Positions 12,369 to 25,679 of a stretch of 64,000 nucleotides of DNA are shown one piece after another. Location of the stretch: the NCBI RefSeq assembly GCF_963921235.1, contig NC_086108.1:84694001-84758000 (forward strand), given 5' to 3'. Source of the stretch: Mobula hypostoma. Its lineage: Eukaryota. Numbering within the stretch: position 1 is the stretch's first letter; each line of letters starts with the position of its first letter. The notes under the pieces are model-generated. The model worked only from the letters and a program-made list of their open reading frames with translations. It did not search any database and was not told where the DNA came from. The position numbers and the translations under genes were made by a program.

Positions 12369-13388
12369 CTATAACAACCTTAAGTTAAAATATATCAAGC
12401 ACTAAGCACAGTTAACTTTTAAGTATCCAAAAGTCTCAATAAGGCACATTTATATTATTTTATCAATATATTTCAATATCAATTCACTAACCTCCCAAAA
12501 TTCACTCTTCACAATGCTACATGGAATAAAATGCAATCATTTGGATCCTTCAAAAATTTAATATCACAATTTGCTCCTAACTCACTTCAAAGCTGACATG
12601 TTTAATTGTTGTTTGTGAGATTTGAGTACCAGTCTTCATTAGCCAACAGCCTTTGAGACTTGTCATGCAAACTAAGGTGGTTAAGAGCTCTCAAGGGAAA
12701 CTATATCACAATAGAACACTTTTACTCTTTTTGAAATATCGTTTACTGAGCTCGTCACATTTTTCATCTGGGTCTCTGTAACACCCATTAAGGGAACAAT
12801 AGCCTAGAAAAAAAGCTCTGAGTTGCAATTGTAGTAAGTTGCCTGTTCAGGTTAAGTTGAATGAAACTAGAGCTCTCTATATATTTGTCAGTGCTGCCAC
12901 AGTGATACTGCAGGAGGCTCAACATTCCCAAGCTGCAGGGAAGGGGTGGAGGAGGAAGTGAAGAATCATTAGCATTAGTTTGTGATGAAAATCCAATAAT
13001 ACTTTGTTCAAGTGCCTTGTGTAAACTCATGACTTAAAAGTTAACATTCCCTTCATTAAAAAGCTAACAAACTTCTTTTTGGTGCAGCACCAACAACCTG
13101 TCCCTGAATGTGAACAAAAGAGATGGTTGTTGACTTCAGGAGAGCATGGAGCGACCACTCTCCGCTGAACATTGACGACTCCTCCGTTGAGATCGTTAAG
13201 AGCACCAAATTTCTTGGTGTTCACATGGTGGAGAATCTCACCTGGTCCCTCAACACCAGCTCCATAGCCAAGAAAGCCCAGCAGTGTTTCTACTTTCTCC
13301 AAAGGCTGAGTAAAGTCCATCCCCCAACCCCCATCCTCACCACATTCTACAGAGGATGTATTGAGAGCATTCTGAGCAGCTGCATCAC

Positions 13389-13638
13389 ACATCAAAGTTG
13401 CTGGTGAATGCAGCAGGCCAGTCAGCATCTCTAGGAAGAGGTACAGTCGACATTTCGGGCCGAGACCCTTCGTCAGGACTAACTGAAAGAAGGGCTAGTA
13501 AGAGATACCTATCGAAGGGTCTCCGTCCCAAACGTCCACTGTACCTCTTCCTAGAGATGCTGCCTGGCCTGCTGCGTTCACCAGCAACTTTGATGTGTGT
13601 TGCTTGAATTTCCGGCATCTGCAGAATTCCTCGTGTTT
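13389..13638 (+). mobile_element. Fold-back Penelope-like insertion
   Basis: Inverted arms of ~80 bp; TSD GCAGCTGCATCAC at 13376-13388 and 13639-13651; the paralogous Rex1 copy near 20130 shows the single-copy empty site. Confidence 0.85.
13444..13481 (-). ncRNA. Minimal type-I hammerhead ribozyme motif (Penelope-like)
   Basis: Minus strand reads UAGUC-CUGACGA-A-GGG(UCUCGG)CCC-GAAA-U-GUC-GACUG: stem I UAGUC/GACUG, core CUGANGA...GAAA, stem II GGG/CCC, GUC cleavage triplet. Confidence 0.7.
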
Positions 13639-14812
13639 GCAGCTGCATCACTGCCTGGTTTGGGAATTGCACCATCTCGGATCACAAGACCCTGCAGCTG
13701 ATAGTGAGGTCAGCTGAGAAGATCATTGGGGTCTCTCTTCCCACCATTACAGACATTTACACCACATGCTGCACCCGCAAAGCTACCAGTATTGTGAAGG
13801 ACCTCACGCACCTTTCACACAAACTCTTCTCCCTCCTGCCATCGGGCAAAAGGTACCGAAGCATTCGGGCTCTCACAACCAGACTGTGCAACAGTTTCTT
13901 CCCCCAAGCCATCAGACTCCTCAAAACTCAGAGTCTAGACTGACATTCACATCATTTATTATTATATTGTAATTTGTCCTCTACTGTGCCTATTGTCTTG
14001 TTTATTAATTACTGTACTGCCCTGCATTGTTTTGTGCACTTTATGTAGTCCTGATCAGGTCTGTAGTCTAGTGCAGTTTTTATGTCGTTCTACATAGTCT
14101 AGTGTAGCCTTGTACTGTCTCACATAGTCCAGTGTAGTTTTGTGTTATTTCATGTCGCATCGGGGTCCTGGAGGAACTTCGTTTCGTTTTTACTGTGTAC
14201 TGTACCAGCAGCTTATGGTCAAAATGACAATAAACTTGACTTGACTTGAACAAAAGGCCAAATAGATGACTCCAGATAAGGTCACTATATATCATAAGAC
14301 TATCAAGTTCACTTTCACAATTGCTCAAGATGGTGGAAGTCTACTTTCTGAATTCATAGACTCTGTGAAGGTACTGTTGTGCCGTTATGTTACAAGTTAC
14401 AGGATTTTGTCCAGTAGACAAAGAGATGATAGTAAATTTCCAAGTCAGAATGGATTGTGATCTTGAAGGAAACTTGCAATTCCTGGCTTTCACACCCACT
14501 GCTATCCCATTCTCTGAGGTGGTACAGATCTCAGCTTAATAAGGAGAGCTCTACAAAGCATCAGTCACATGAGGTATGCCACACTCTTGCTGTACTACTG
14601 GCAGTGAATCCTTAGGGTAGTGGACAAGACATCAATCAAACAAGCTGCTTTATCTGGGGACATTCTTCTTGAGTACTGTAGATGTAGCCATGCAGGAGTG
14701 CATTTCATCAGTGACATTTACCTCTCTGACAGTAAAATGCCTAGTGTATGATGTGCCAAAGATCTCATGCAAAATACTCAACCTCTGATTAATTTCCTTA
14801 AGCCACAATATT

Positions 14813-17800
14813 TTTTTATATAATTTTTATTGAGCTTTCAAAAAGAATACATGAAAAGATAAAATCTACCCACCCCCCCCTCCCCCCCCATATATATATA
14901 GTCCTACCGAAAAGAAAGAAAGAGAAAAAAAAAGAAGAGCCGCCTGGGTATTGGAAGGTTTCCACATGCTCCATGGGATTCAAAATAAATTTGGTATAAT
15001 TATTCGTTATTTTCCCCAAGTAACCAAATTCTTTGTCGGAGCACTTAAATATGACATCCTATCTTTTGTAAATAAGGGCGCCAAATATTCAAGAATGTTA
15101 GATAATTATCTCTTAAATTATAAGTAATTTTTTCAAGTGGAATAGAACTAGCCATTTCATTATTCCAACGATCCATACTTAAATACGAATCAGATTTCCA
15201 AGTAACTGCTACAGTCTTCTTAGCTACTGCCAATGCAATTTTTATAAATTCTTTCTGATATTTATTCAATTTAAGTTTCGGTTTTATCCCTTCAATATCA
15301 CCTAATAGAAATAATACAGGGTTATGTGGAAGTTGAATTCCAGTAATTTGTTCCAATAAGACTCTTAAATTTATCCAAAAGGGTTGAATTTTAAAACAAG
15401 ACCAAGTAGAATGTAAAAAAGTACCAATTTCTTGATTACACCGAAAACATTTATCAGATAGATTTGAATTTAATCTAGCAACATACATCAAAGTTGCTGG
15501 TGAACGCAGCAGGCCAAGCAGCATCTATAGGAAGAGGCGCAGTTGATGTTTTAATCTATTTATTTTTTGTGGTGTAATATATAATTGGTGTAAAAAATTA
15601 TATTGTACTAATCTAAGTCGAACATTTATTGTATTTGTCATACTGTCCAAAGTCTTGACCAATTTATTTCATCAATATTAATATTCAGATCTGTTTCCCA
15701 TTTTTGCTTTGACTTATGGGTTCCTTGTTTAATTGTCTGTTCTTGAATCAAATTATACATACAAGAAATAAATTTTTTAATTTTCCCTTTTTGAATTAAA
15801 ATTTCAATTTCATTAGCTTTTGGCAAAAACATTGTTTGACCCAGCTTACCTATTAAGTAAGCCCTTAACTGAAAGTAGCAAAAGAAAGTATTATTAGATA
15901 TTTTATATTTATCCTTTAATTGTTCAAATGACATCAATATACCTCGCTCAAAACAATCTCCTATAAATTTAATCCCTTTTTGGTACCAATTATATAAAAG
16001 TTGATTGTCCATTGTAAAAGGAATAAGTCTGTTTTGAAACAAAGGTCTCCTTGCTAATAGAGATTTCTGTGTTTCCTTATCAACATTTATCTTATTCCAT
16101 AGATCAATCAAGTGTGTTAACATAGGAGATTCTTTCTTTTCCCGTATCCATTTAGATTCCCATTTATATATAAAATCTTCAGGTTTATTTTCTCCTATCT
16201 TGTCTAATTCATAAGTTTTATGTCTATGGGAATAGAACGAATAGTCTCTTTCTTTAGGATTGATTCTTCTCCATATATCAATCAAATTTAAATCTTTCAT
16301 CAATGATAAAGTTAGATTTACTACCTTCGATTTTATAACAGCCTTGGTTGATCTATCTAAGACTGGGTCTAAGCAAAAATTGAAGTCGCCTCCAATTAAT
16401 ATTTTTTCATGTGCATCCACCAAATTCAAAAAAGTTTCTTGTATGAATTTTGCATCATTTTCATTTGGTGCATAAATATTCATAAAAGTCCATAGTTCGG
16501 AAAAAAGTTGACAATGTATAATCACATATCTCCCCGCAGAATCAGTTATTACATTTTGTATCCTAATTGGTAACGTTTTATTGATCAAAATTGCTACTCC
16601 CCTCGCTTTTGAATTAAATGAGGCTGCAACAACATTACCCACCCAATCTCTCTTTAGTTTCTGATGTTCTGTTTCTGTTAGGTGCGTTTCCTGTAAAAAA
16701 GCTAAATCTATCTTCATTTTTTTAATATATGTTAAGATTCTTTTTCTTTTCACTGGTCCATTAAGCCCATTAACATTAAAACTCAAAAATTCCAATAAAT
16801 TAGTCATTATTCTTAACAAAGTTACTCCAATCTAAAACATTACTTATCTTCTCAACTCTCATAGTTCCTTGGGGAATCACTTTAAACTTCACCATGACGC
16901 TATGTGTCCCCCCACCCCCCAACCTTCCAGGCAAAAAGAAAAAAAAATAGAAAAAAAAAGAAAAAACAAAATACCCCCCCACTAATGTTGTGAATGAAAA
17001 GATACACAACACTACCCCCCTCCATTTTATGGGTCGCGGAAAAAGCCACGCTTGCACACATGATTAACGTAGCAATCGATCAGTGCTTCTTCCAGCTCCC
17101 CCGCAACAAAAAAAGTTTTATATATATATATATATAAAAACAAAATTAGTATTATTATTCCCAGCTAATTTCCTCCAGTATTAACCTTTCTTACCCCCCT
17201 CATATAATTAATACTATATTTATACTTTCATCCAGCTTCAAAAATCCAACAAATCCATTCTTAAACCCAATCTTCATCTTCATTCTATCTCGCTCTCCTG
17301 AGTTTGTTCGTATCTGGTGAATATTCAGAGAATCTTGCACAAACTGCTCTGCTTTCTGGTAGTCATCAAAAAATCTTTTTTCTCCACCAGACAAAAAAAT
17401 CTTCAAAGTTGCAGGATAACGCAGTATAAATTGATAACCATGCTCCCATAGGGTTTTTTTCACTGGATTAAACTTCTTCCTTTTCTTCAAAAGTTCGTAA
17501 CTTATATCAGGGTAGAAAAAAAACTCTTTTCCCTTTAATTATCAATGGCCCTTTTCTATCTTTGGCAGCTCGAACAGCCGCCTGTAGAATCCTTTCCTTG
17601 TCTTGAAATCTTAAGAATTTTATTAAAATCGATCGTGGATATTGGTCATCTTTTGGTTTTGGTCTTAAAGCTCTATGTGCCCGCTCAATTTCAATTGATC
17701 GAGCCTCCTCTCCCATTTGCAAAACCTCCGGGATCCATCTTTGAAAAAATTCTATTGGCTTTTCTTCTTCCATACCTTCTGTAAGACCAACAATTTTTAT

Positions 17801-18473
17801 ATTATTACGTCTACTGAAATTTTCCAACGTCCACTTTCTCCAAGAGTCGGTTTCTTTCCGAGTTCCAGACAAGCAAATCATTTTCTGTTTTTTCCACTCT
17901 ATCATTCATAAGCCCCATTTCTCTTTCCATCTTCTGAAGCTTCTTTTCCATTTTGTCCTGTCTTTCCATAACTTTATTATAGCATCTCTTTGTGTCTCTA
18001 AGCTCTTCTCTTACTTTCCTTAATTCAGCCGTTGATTGCAATACAGCCTCTCTTATGTTTCTATCATCTCCTTTACTTCCACTCGCTTCCAATTCTTCCT
18101 CCTCTTCTTCATCTGTGTTCTCTGCAGAATCCAGTTCTGACTCTGAGTCATTTTCAATTGCAGTGGGTGTCGGTTCTTGTAGTTTGCGCTGTGTCGCTTT
18201 GCCCATGCACAATTCCGTTGTCTTCTTCGGAGCAGCCTCTGCCACCGCCATTGCTCCCTGTTCTACCGAAGGAGATCCAACCTGAGTCCGAGGCTCCATC
18301 GCAGACTTCTTTTGTTGCGGTTTAGGAGGCATACCGTAAAGTAGTCTTACAAAGTTTATAAAGAGTTTTCAAAAAATATTTACCAACTTTGTTTTATTTA
18401 AACGGTACTTTACTGATTTGTTGCGGGAGAGCTGAATTTACACGTCTCAATCCCACGTCATCACGTGACGCCC
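14813..18473 (-). mobile_element. L1-clade LINE with intact ends, frameshifted ORF1 and an ORF2 lacking the RT
   Basis: ~17 bp TSD CCTTAAGCCACAATATT (14796-14812 / 18474-18490); A-rich tail; ORF1 RRNNIKIVGL, IERAHR; ORF2 EN SFNVNGL, FLQETH, IYAPN, GGDFN; C-terminal C..C..GTFLHSTWSC. Confidence 0.9.
15478..15549. mobile_element. Single-arm fragment of the fold-back Penelope-like element, inside L1 ORF2
   Basis: GCAACATACATCAAAGTTGCTGGTGAACGCAGC...; 9 bp TSD TTTAATCTA (15469-15477 / 15550-15558). Confidence 0.75.
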
Positions 18474-19579
18474 CCTTAAGCCACAATATTGAAGTGATTG
18501 ATCTAATTAATCTCTCATCTGTCATCAATCAACAGTTATCAGTATCTGCTGAAGGGAAAGAGAAAACTTAAGGTACTCAAAACTCACATTAATGACCTAA
18601 AGCTCACAACAAAATGATGTGACTGTTAAAAAAACTAGCTGTGTTATTATTTTGACCACATTTTTAGCTATCAAGAACATCAGTGAATGAGAAGTTTTAG
18701 GCAGATTAGCCAAAATCCCATACAGTTTTGCTCATAAACAGTTATTGCATTATAGCACCCCTTTCACTGTACGGTTTACCTAAGAGACTGCAGATGTTGA
18801 AATCTTAAGCAACAAACAAAATGCTGGAGAACTCAGTGGGTCAGGTAGCATCCATGGAGAGAAATGGATAGTTGATGTTATGGTCAAGATTGTTCACCTG
18901 CAATACTCTTGATTTTGTGTTGCTCACTGGATGGCTTACCAGATCAAAAGCTTGACAAATTTCAAGATTAGCAGTTTTGTTTTGCCTCTTTTGTTAATCA
19001 TAGAAAAATATAGAACAGGAAGTCTGTACTGCGTCCATGCAAGCCACAAATACAGTTTGCATTAATCCTTCTTGTGAGTTTTCCATTAATAACCCTGCAG
19101 ATTATAGATCAAGTGCTTATCCAAATCAAGAAGTGCAAAGAGAACTTCTGCCTCTACCCATTCAGACAGTGTGTGCTGGATCCCCAGCACCTAGAGACTT
19201 TATTTTCTCAACTTCTGTTTAGTTACCTTGCATCTACGCACCAGCCTGCCTCTACCATTATCGAAATCTCTAACTAAAGAGAGGTCAGCTGTCCACTTAA
19301 CCTGCCTAGTAATTAATCTTATATAGCTTAATTAAACTTATCAGTATCCTTTGATCCAACACCTCTTCACTATCACAGATCTCCAACTCCGATAATCTCA
19401 GATCTCCTGTCATGTCTCAAATACTATTACATCTTGTGTGTGTGGAGCAGGCTTGAAAGAGGAAAAGAAAAAAACACTATAAGCATTGAAAGTGTTCTAA
19501 AGGACAGCGAAGATTCAGGTGTGCTTTTGACAATACTTCAATCTACCAGCATTTCTAAGCATGGAAAAATTTGGGCATT

Positions 19580-20200
19580 TGAAGTTAAGTCACTTTTTAT
19601 TGTCATTTCGACCATAACTGCTAGTACAGTACACAGTAAAAACGAGACAATGTTTTTCAGGACCATGGTGCTACATGAAACAATACAAAAGCTACACCAA
19701 ACTACATAAAACAACACAAAACTACACTAGACTACAGACCTACCCAGGACTGCATAAAGTGCACAAAACAGTGCAGGCATTACAATAAATAATAAACAAG
19801 ACATTATGCACAGTAGAGGGCAGTAGGTTGGTGTCAGTCCAGGCTCTGGGTATTGAGGAGTCTGATGGCTTGGGGGAAGAAACTGTTACATAGTCTGGTC
19901 GTGAGAGCCCGAATACTTTGGTGCCTTTTGCCAGATGGCGGGAGGGACAAGAGTTTGTATGAGGGGTGCGTGGGGTCCTTCCTTCATAATTCTGTTTGCT
20001 TTACGGATGCAGCGTGTGGTGTAAATGTCTCTAATGGCGGGAAGAGAGACCCCGATGATCTTCTCAGCTGACCTCACTATCTGATGCAGGGACTTGCGAT
20101 CTGAGATGGTGCAATTTCCGAACCAGGCAGTGATGCAGCTGCTCAGGATGCTCTCAATACAACCTCTATAGAATGTGGTGAAGATGGGGGGTGAGGATGG
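19580..20200 (-). mobile_element. Rex1/Babar LINE 3' fragment
   Basis: FYRGCIESILSSCITAWFGNC; high identity to 13640-14249 in inverted orientation. Confidence 0.85.
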
Positions 20201-20564
20201 TGAGGAACCTTGCTTATTATTAGTGAATATTCCCCTTTCAATGGGAAATTGTGTTTTTATTCCCAAGTTGCACTTTGAAACTTCTGTCCAAACTCAATTT
20301 TACTTGCTGAATTAACCCAGAATATACAGTAATCTCACTGAAATCCCCAAAGCCAAGGTAGATCTGTGCAATTTTAGTGAAGCACCCAAACAAAATTCCA
20401 CATGAACTACTGCAGCCTGTATTTCCCCTGAAATATTACTCTATTCATTGAACCACGTGATACAAGAGTAACCTCAAAAGAGAACTCTAGCATATTTCTA
20501 CAATGAAATGGATATTTTGATTGCTGACAAAGTAAAATTTTTAAATCAGTATTCTCTAATAGAA

Positions 20565-23290
20565 AGAATCAGATTTATTATCACTGGCATGTGACGTGAA
20601 ATTTATTAACGTAGCAGCAGTAGATCAATGCAATACATAACCTAGCAGAGAATAACTAAATAATAATAAACAAGTAAACCAATTACATATATTGAATAGA
20701 TTACAAAATGTGCAAAAACACTAAAAAAAAATGAGGTAGTATCTAAAGATTTAATGACCATTTAGGAATTGGATGGCAGAAGGGAAGAAGCTGTTCTTGA
20801 ATTGCTGAGTGTGTGCCTTAAGGCTTTTGTACCTCCTACCTGATGGTAACAGTGAGAAAAGGGTGCTGGAGGTTCTTAATAATGGACACTGCCTTCCTGA
20901 GACACTGCTCCCTAAAGATGTCCAGGGTGCTTTGTGGGCTAGTTCCCAAGATAGAGCTGACCAGATTTATAACCTTCTGCAGTTTTTTTGGTCCTGTGCA
21001 GTAGCACCCGCCCCCCCCATACCAGACACTGACGCAGCATGTCAGAATGCTCTCCATGGTACAAGAGAAGTTTTTGAGTGTATTTGTTGACATGCCAAAT
21101 CTCTTTAAACTCCTAATGAAGTATAGCCGCTGTCTTGCCTTCTTTATAACTACATTGAAATGTTGGGACCAGGTTAGATCCTCAGAGATCTTGACACCCA
21201 GGAACTTGAAGCTGCTCACTTTCTCCACTTCTGATCCCTCTATGAGGATTGGTATGTGCTCCTTCCGTCTTTCCCTTCCCGAAGTCCACAATCAGCTCTT
21301 TTGTCTTACTGACGTTGAGTGCCAGGTTGTTGCTGTGGCTCCACTCCAATAGTTGGCATATCTCACTCCTGTACGCCCTCTCGTCACTACCTGAGATTCT
21401 ACCAACAATGGTTGTATCGTCAGCAAATTTATAGATGGTATTTGAGCTATGCCTAGCCACACAGTAATGTATATATAGAGAATAGAGCAGTGGGCTAAGC
21501 ACACACCCCTGAGGTGCGCCAGTGTTGGTAGTCAGTGAGGATCCAATTGCAGAGGGAGGTACAGAGGCCCAGGTTCTGCAACTTCTTAATCAGGATTGCG
21601 GGAATGATGGTATTAAATGCTGAGCTATAGTCGATGAACAGCATCCTGACATAGGTGTTTGTGTTGTCCAGGTAATCTAAAGCTGTGTGGAGAACCACTG
21701 AAATTGGGTCTGCTGTTAATCTATGTGGCGATAGGCAAATTGCAATGGGTCCAGGTCCTTGCTGAGGCAGGAGCTCAGTCTAGTCATAACCAACCTCTCA
21801 AAGCATTTCATCACTTTGATGTGAGTGCTACTGGGTGATAGTCATTAAGGCAGCCCACATTATTCTTCTTGGGCACTGGTATAATTGTTGCCGTTTTGAA
21901 GCAAGTGGGAACTTCCACCTGTAGCAGTGAGAAGCTGAAAATGTCCTTGACTACTCTTGCTAGTTGGTTGGCACAGGTTTTCAGAGCCTTACCAGGTACT
22001 CCCTCGGGACTTTCAGCCTTGTGAGGGTTCACTCTCTATAAAGACAGCCTATCATCAGCCTCTGAGACGGAGATCACAGGGTCATCAGGTGCAGCAGGGA
22101 TCTTCATAGCTGTAGTTGTGTTTTCCCTTTCAAAGCCTACATAGAAGGTGTTGAGTTCATCTGGTAGTGAAACATCACTATCATTCATGCTATTACGTTT
22201 CACTTTGTAGGAAGTAATGTCTTGCAGACCCTGCCAGAGTTGCCATGTACCGATGTTGCCTCCGCAAATCATACCTGCTTTTCTGGTACAGGCCTGGGTT
22301 GCCAGACTTGAATGGCACAGATCTGGCCTTCACCAGAAGACGCACCTCATGGTTCATCCACTGCATTTGATTTGGAAAGTACAATAAGTCTTTGTGGGCA
22401 CTCACACATCCACACAGGTTTTAATGAAGTCGGTAACAACTGCAGCATACTTATTCAGGCTCGAAGATGAATCCCTGAATACAGTCCAGTCCACCGATTC
22501 AAAGCAGTCCTGTAGACACTCTTGTTCTCCCCTTGTCCATACCTTCTGGATCCTCACTGCTGGTGCTGCAGTCTTCAGTCTCTGCCTATACTCAGGGAGA
22601 GGAGTACAGCCATGTGATCAGACTTTCCAAAGTGAGGGCACAGTAGGCATTCTTGACGGTGGTGTAGCAATGGTTTAGTGTCTTGTTTCCTCTGGTATTG
22701 CAAGGATGACACTTTACTGCTGGATGTTCCAGTTCTGGTGAGCAGAATTGGGACAGCAGTGATATATTTGTGCACCAAAAGGAGTTGACCATGAGGCACA
22801 CTCCTACACCTCTGCTTTTGAGAGACTCCAGAGATCTATCCTGATGGTGTATAGTAAACCCGTCCATCTGGATCGCTGCAACCAGTATGGAAGGGGTTAA
22901 CCAGAATTCCGTGAAACAAAGGACACACCTAGTCTTAACGTCCCTCTGATTCAGCACCCTGGCTCTGAGATCATTGATTTTATTCACCAGAGACTGCACA
23001 TTCACCAGCAAGATAGTTGGTATAGGGAGATTAAAACTCCGTTTCCTTAAATGCACTTGTAATCCTGATCTACACCCACCCTTCCTCCAAGGTGTCCTCC
23101 GTGAGCTCTTCCGACCACAACTGGTGTCGTTTCCGTTGGTTTTAAGCAGTGATAGTTCATTAAATGCATTAAGACATCTTTGTTGACTATACTGACCTTG
23201 GAAGCAGTTGTGCTTTTTAGCTGTATCAGACAGAAACTGGAATATTTAACCGTATCCAATGAGAGTTCTGTTGCTACTCGAGGCGTGCCT
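20565..23290 (-). mobile_element. Rex1/Babar LINE, long decayed copy (EN plus RT fragments)
   Basis: [48 protein letters not shown]. Confidence 0.85.
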
Positions 23291-23449
23291 AGGCATCCCC
23301 GAAGTAAAAAGTTGTTGAAATGTGGAAAAAAAAATGATGCTTTGAAAACAAAATAGTTTTAAGGCACCAACATTTTCATTTAGACCTGGTTCTGTACAAC
23401 ATTATATTTGCAGATTTGTTATTTTAAATTGAAAAAGGATCTTGTACTT

Positions 23450-24640
23450 TCTCGGCAAATGTCAGGCTCCTTTTCATTGACTACAGCTCTGCCTTTAATA
23501 CCATCATTCCAAATAAACTGATTCTTAAGCTCCGGAACCTGGGCCTTAGCACTCAGATCTGCAGCTGGATCTTCAACTTCCTCACAGACAGGACCCAGGC
23601 TGTAAAAATAGGGGACAAGCTCTCCTCTACAATCACTCTGAGCACCGGTGCCCCACAAGGCTGTGTACTCAGCCCCCTGCTGTACTCACTGTACACCCAT
23701 GATTGTGCAGCCAAGTTTCCATCAAACTTAATATGTAAGTTTGCTGACGACACCACAATTGTAGGCTGTATCTCGGGTAATGATGAGTTTGAGTACAGAG
23801 AGGAAATTAAGAACCTGGTGGCATGGTGCGAAGACAATAACCTATCCCTCAACATCAGCAAGACAAAGGAATTGGTTGTTGACTTCAGAAGGAGTAGCGG
23901 ACCACATGACCCCATTTACATCGGTGGTGCGCAAGTGGAACAGGTCAAAAGCTTTAAGTTCCTCGGGGTCAATATCACAAATGACCTGACTTGGTCCAAC
24001 CAAGCAGAGTCCACTGCCATGAAGGCCCACCAGCGCCTTTACTTCCTGAGAAAACTAAACAAATTTGGCCTGTCCCCTAAAACCCTCACTAATTTTTATA
24101 GATGCACCGTAGAAAGCATTCTTCTAGGGTGCATCACAACCTGGTATGGAAGTTGTCCTGTCCAAGACCAAAAGAAGCTGCAGTAGATCGTGAACACAGC
24201 CCAGCACATCACACAAACCAATCTTCCATCCTTGGACTCACTTTACACCGCATGCTGTCGGAGCAGAGCTGCCAGGATAATCAAGGACACGACCCACCCA
24301 GCCAACACACTGTTCATCCCTCTTCCCTCTGGGAGAAGGCTCAGGAGCTTGAAGACTCATACGGCCAGATTTGGGAGCACCTTCTTTCCAACTGTGATAA
24401 GACTACTGAACGGATCCTGACCCGGATCTGGGCCATACCCTCCAAATATCCGGACCTGCCTCTCGTTTTTTTTTGCACTACATTACTTCCCCTTTTCTAT
24501 TTTCCATTTATGATTTATAATTTAAATTTTTACTATATTTACTATTGATTTGTACTCCAGGGAGCACGAAGCACAGAATCAAATATCGCTGTGATGATTG
24601 TATGCTCTAGTATCAATTGTTTGGCAACAATAAAATATAT
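23450..24640 (+). mobile_element. Rex1/Babar LINE 3' fragment
   Basis: [37 protein letters not shown]. Confidence 0.85.
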
Positions 24641-24648
24641 GAAAAATA

Positions 24649-24895
24649 AACTTTTCTCGGGCTTCCAGCCGGGTACAAGCATCGATTTTAACCGACATTT
24701 TTATGACAAAGTCTACCATCTTCATCAGGGATGTTGCCTAGGCATGTCCAGTCCAGTGATATCTACTGGTGGGATATGGGGGTGGTGGGGGGGTTTATAT
24801 ACCACCAAACTAGACATGCTTTGGTATCATCCTTGATGAAGATGGCAGATGGTTACAACTGATAGCTGTACCCGGCTGGAAGCTCCAGAAGAGTT
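24649..24895. mobile_element. Second fold-back family, Penelope-like, with hammerhead remnants in both arms
   Basis: Arms CTCGGGCTTCCAGCCGGGTACA / TGTACCCGGCTGGAAGCTCCAG and CCATCTTCATCAGGGATG / CATCCTTGATGAAGATGG. Confidence 0.65.
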
Positions 24896-25120
24896 GATCT
24901 ATTCTTAAAAATTACTTATCAGCAAATTGGAGAATGTTGCCTGCAAAAAGCAAATTGTATGCAAAGCAATTTCAGATCAGCTGACTGCCTTATGCAAGAA
25001 ACAATCTGTATATAGTGTCACAAGCACTACTCCAATATAATCTATCCCAAACTTGGAAATGTAGAATATTATTCCTTGAAAAAGTAAAACAACCATAATT
25101 ATGCATATTTCTCAGATTAC

Positions 25121-25258
25121 CTTTGCAAGTCCAGCGCGATGAGCACCTTGCGTTTCTATATACGCTATGTAACGGCTGAAGTTTTGGAATTCTTCCATTG
25201 TGGGATAAAAAGTCATTATCCGAGAATTGGGATTGGGCATTCCTGATTCTGATGCCAT
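25121..25258 (-). CDS. KDM4A: KDM4A first coding exon (JmjN); the exon extends to 25277 with 19 nt of 5'UTR
   Basis: [46 protein letters not shown]; the MASES start is KDM4A-type; ttgtAG acceptor at 25278-25279, GTaatc donor. Confidence 0.95.
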
Positions 25259-25679
25259 GTTTGCCAACTTCAATGATCTACAAATAAAAGTTCGGGAAAT
25301 TGATACTTTGCAAGCAATTTACATAATATTTTCAACGACCAATAACAGCTGATGCTAAAGCAAGTTCAAACTACTGCTACCATTCCACCACTGCCACTTA
25401 GCGTTTCCAGAGAGGACAATAGCACTTAAGATGCTGCACCTCCAAAATACACAACTTATCTTAATTCCGGTATCTAAATGTAAACGATAGCCAAACGTAA
25501 GTATGATGTTCAATATTTGCAGCAGCACTGCAAAATTAATTAAATACTGGTGGTTGAATTACAGCTCACTCCAGGTGGCAGCCATTAATAAGAGTCAACA
25601 CACAATTCAAGAAGTTAAATTAACAATAATAGTGAATGAATAGACTTCAGGGACTGGGACACAAGTGCATTTATTACGC

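Larger units (their letters stand above)
13080..14249 (+). mobile_element. Rex1/Babar LINE 3' fragment, interrupted by a fold-back element
   Basis: MVVDFRR, KFLGVH, FYRGCIESIL, SFFPQAIRLL; ends AATAAA(CTTGA)3. Confidence 0.85.
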
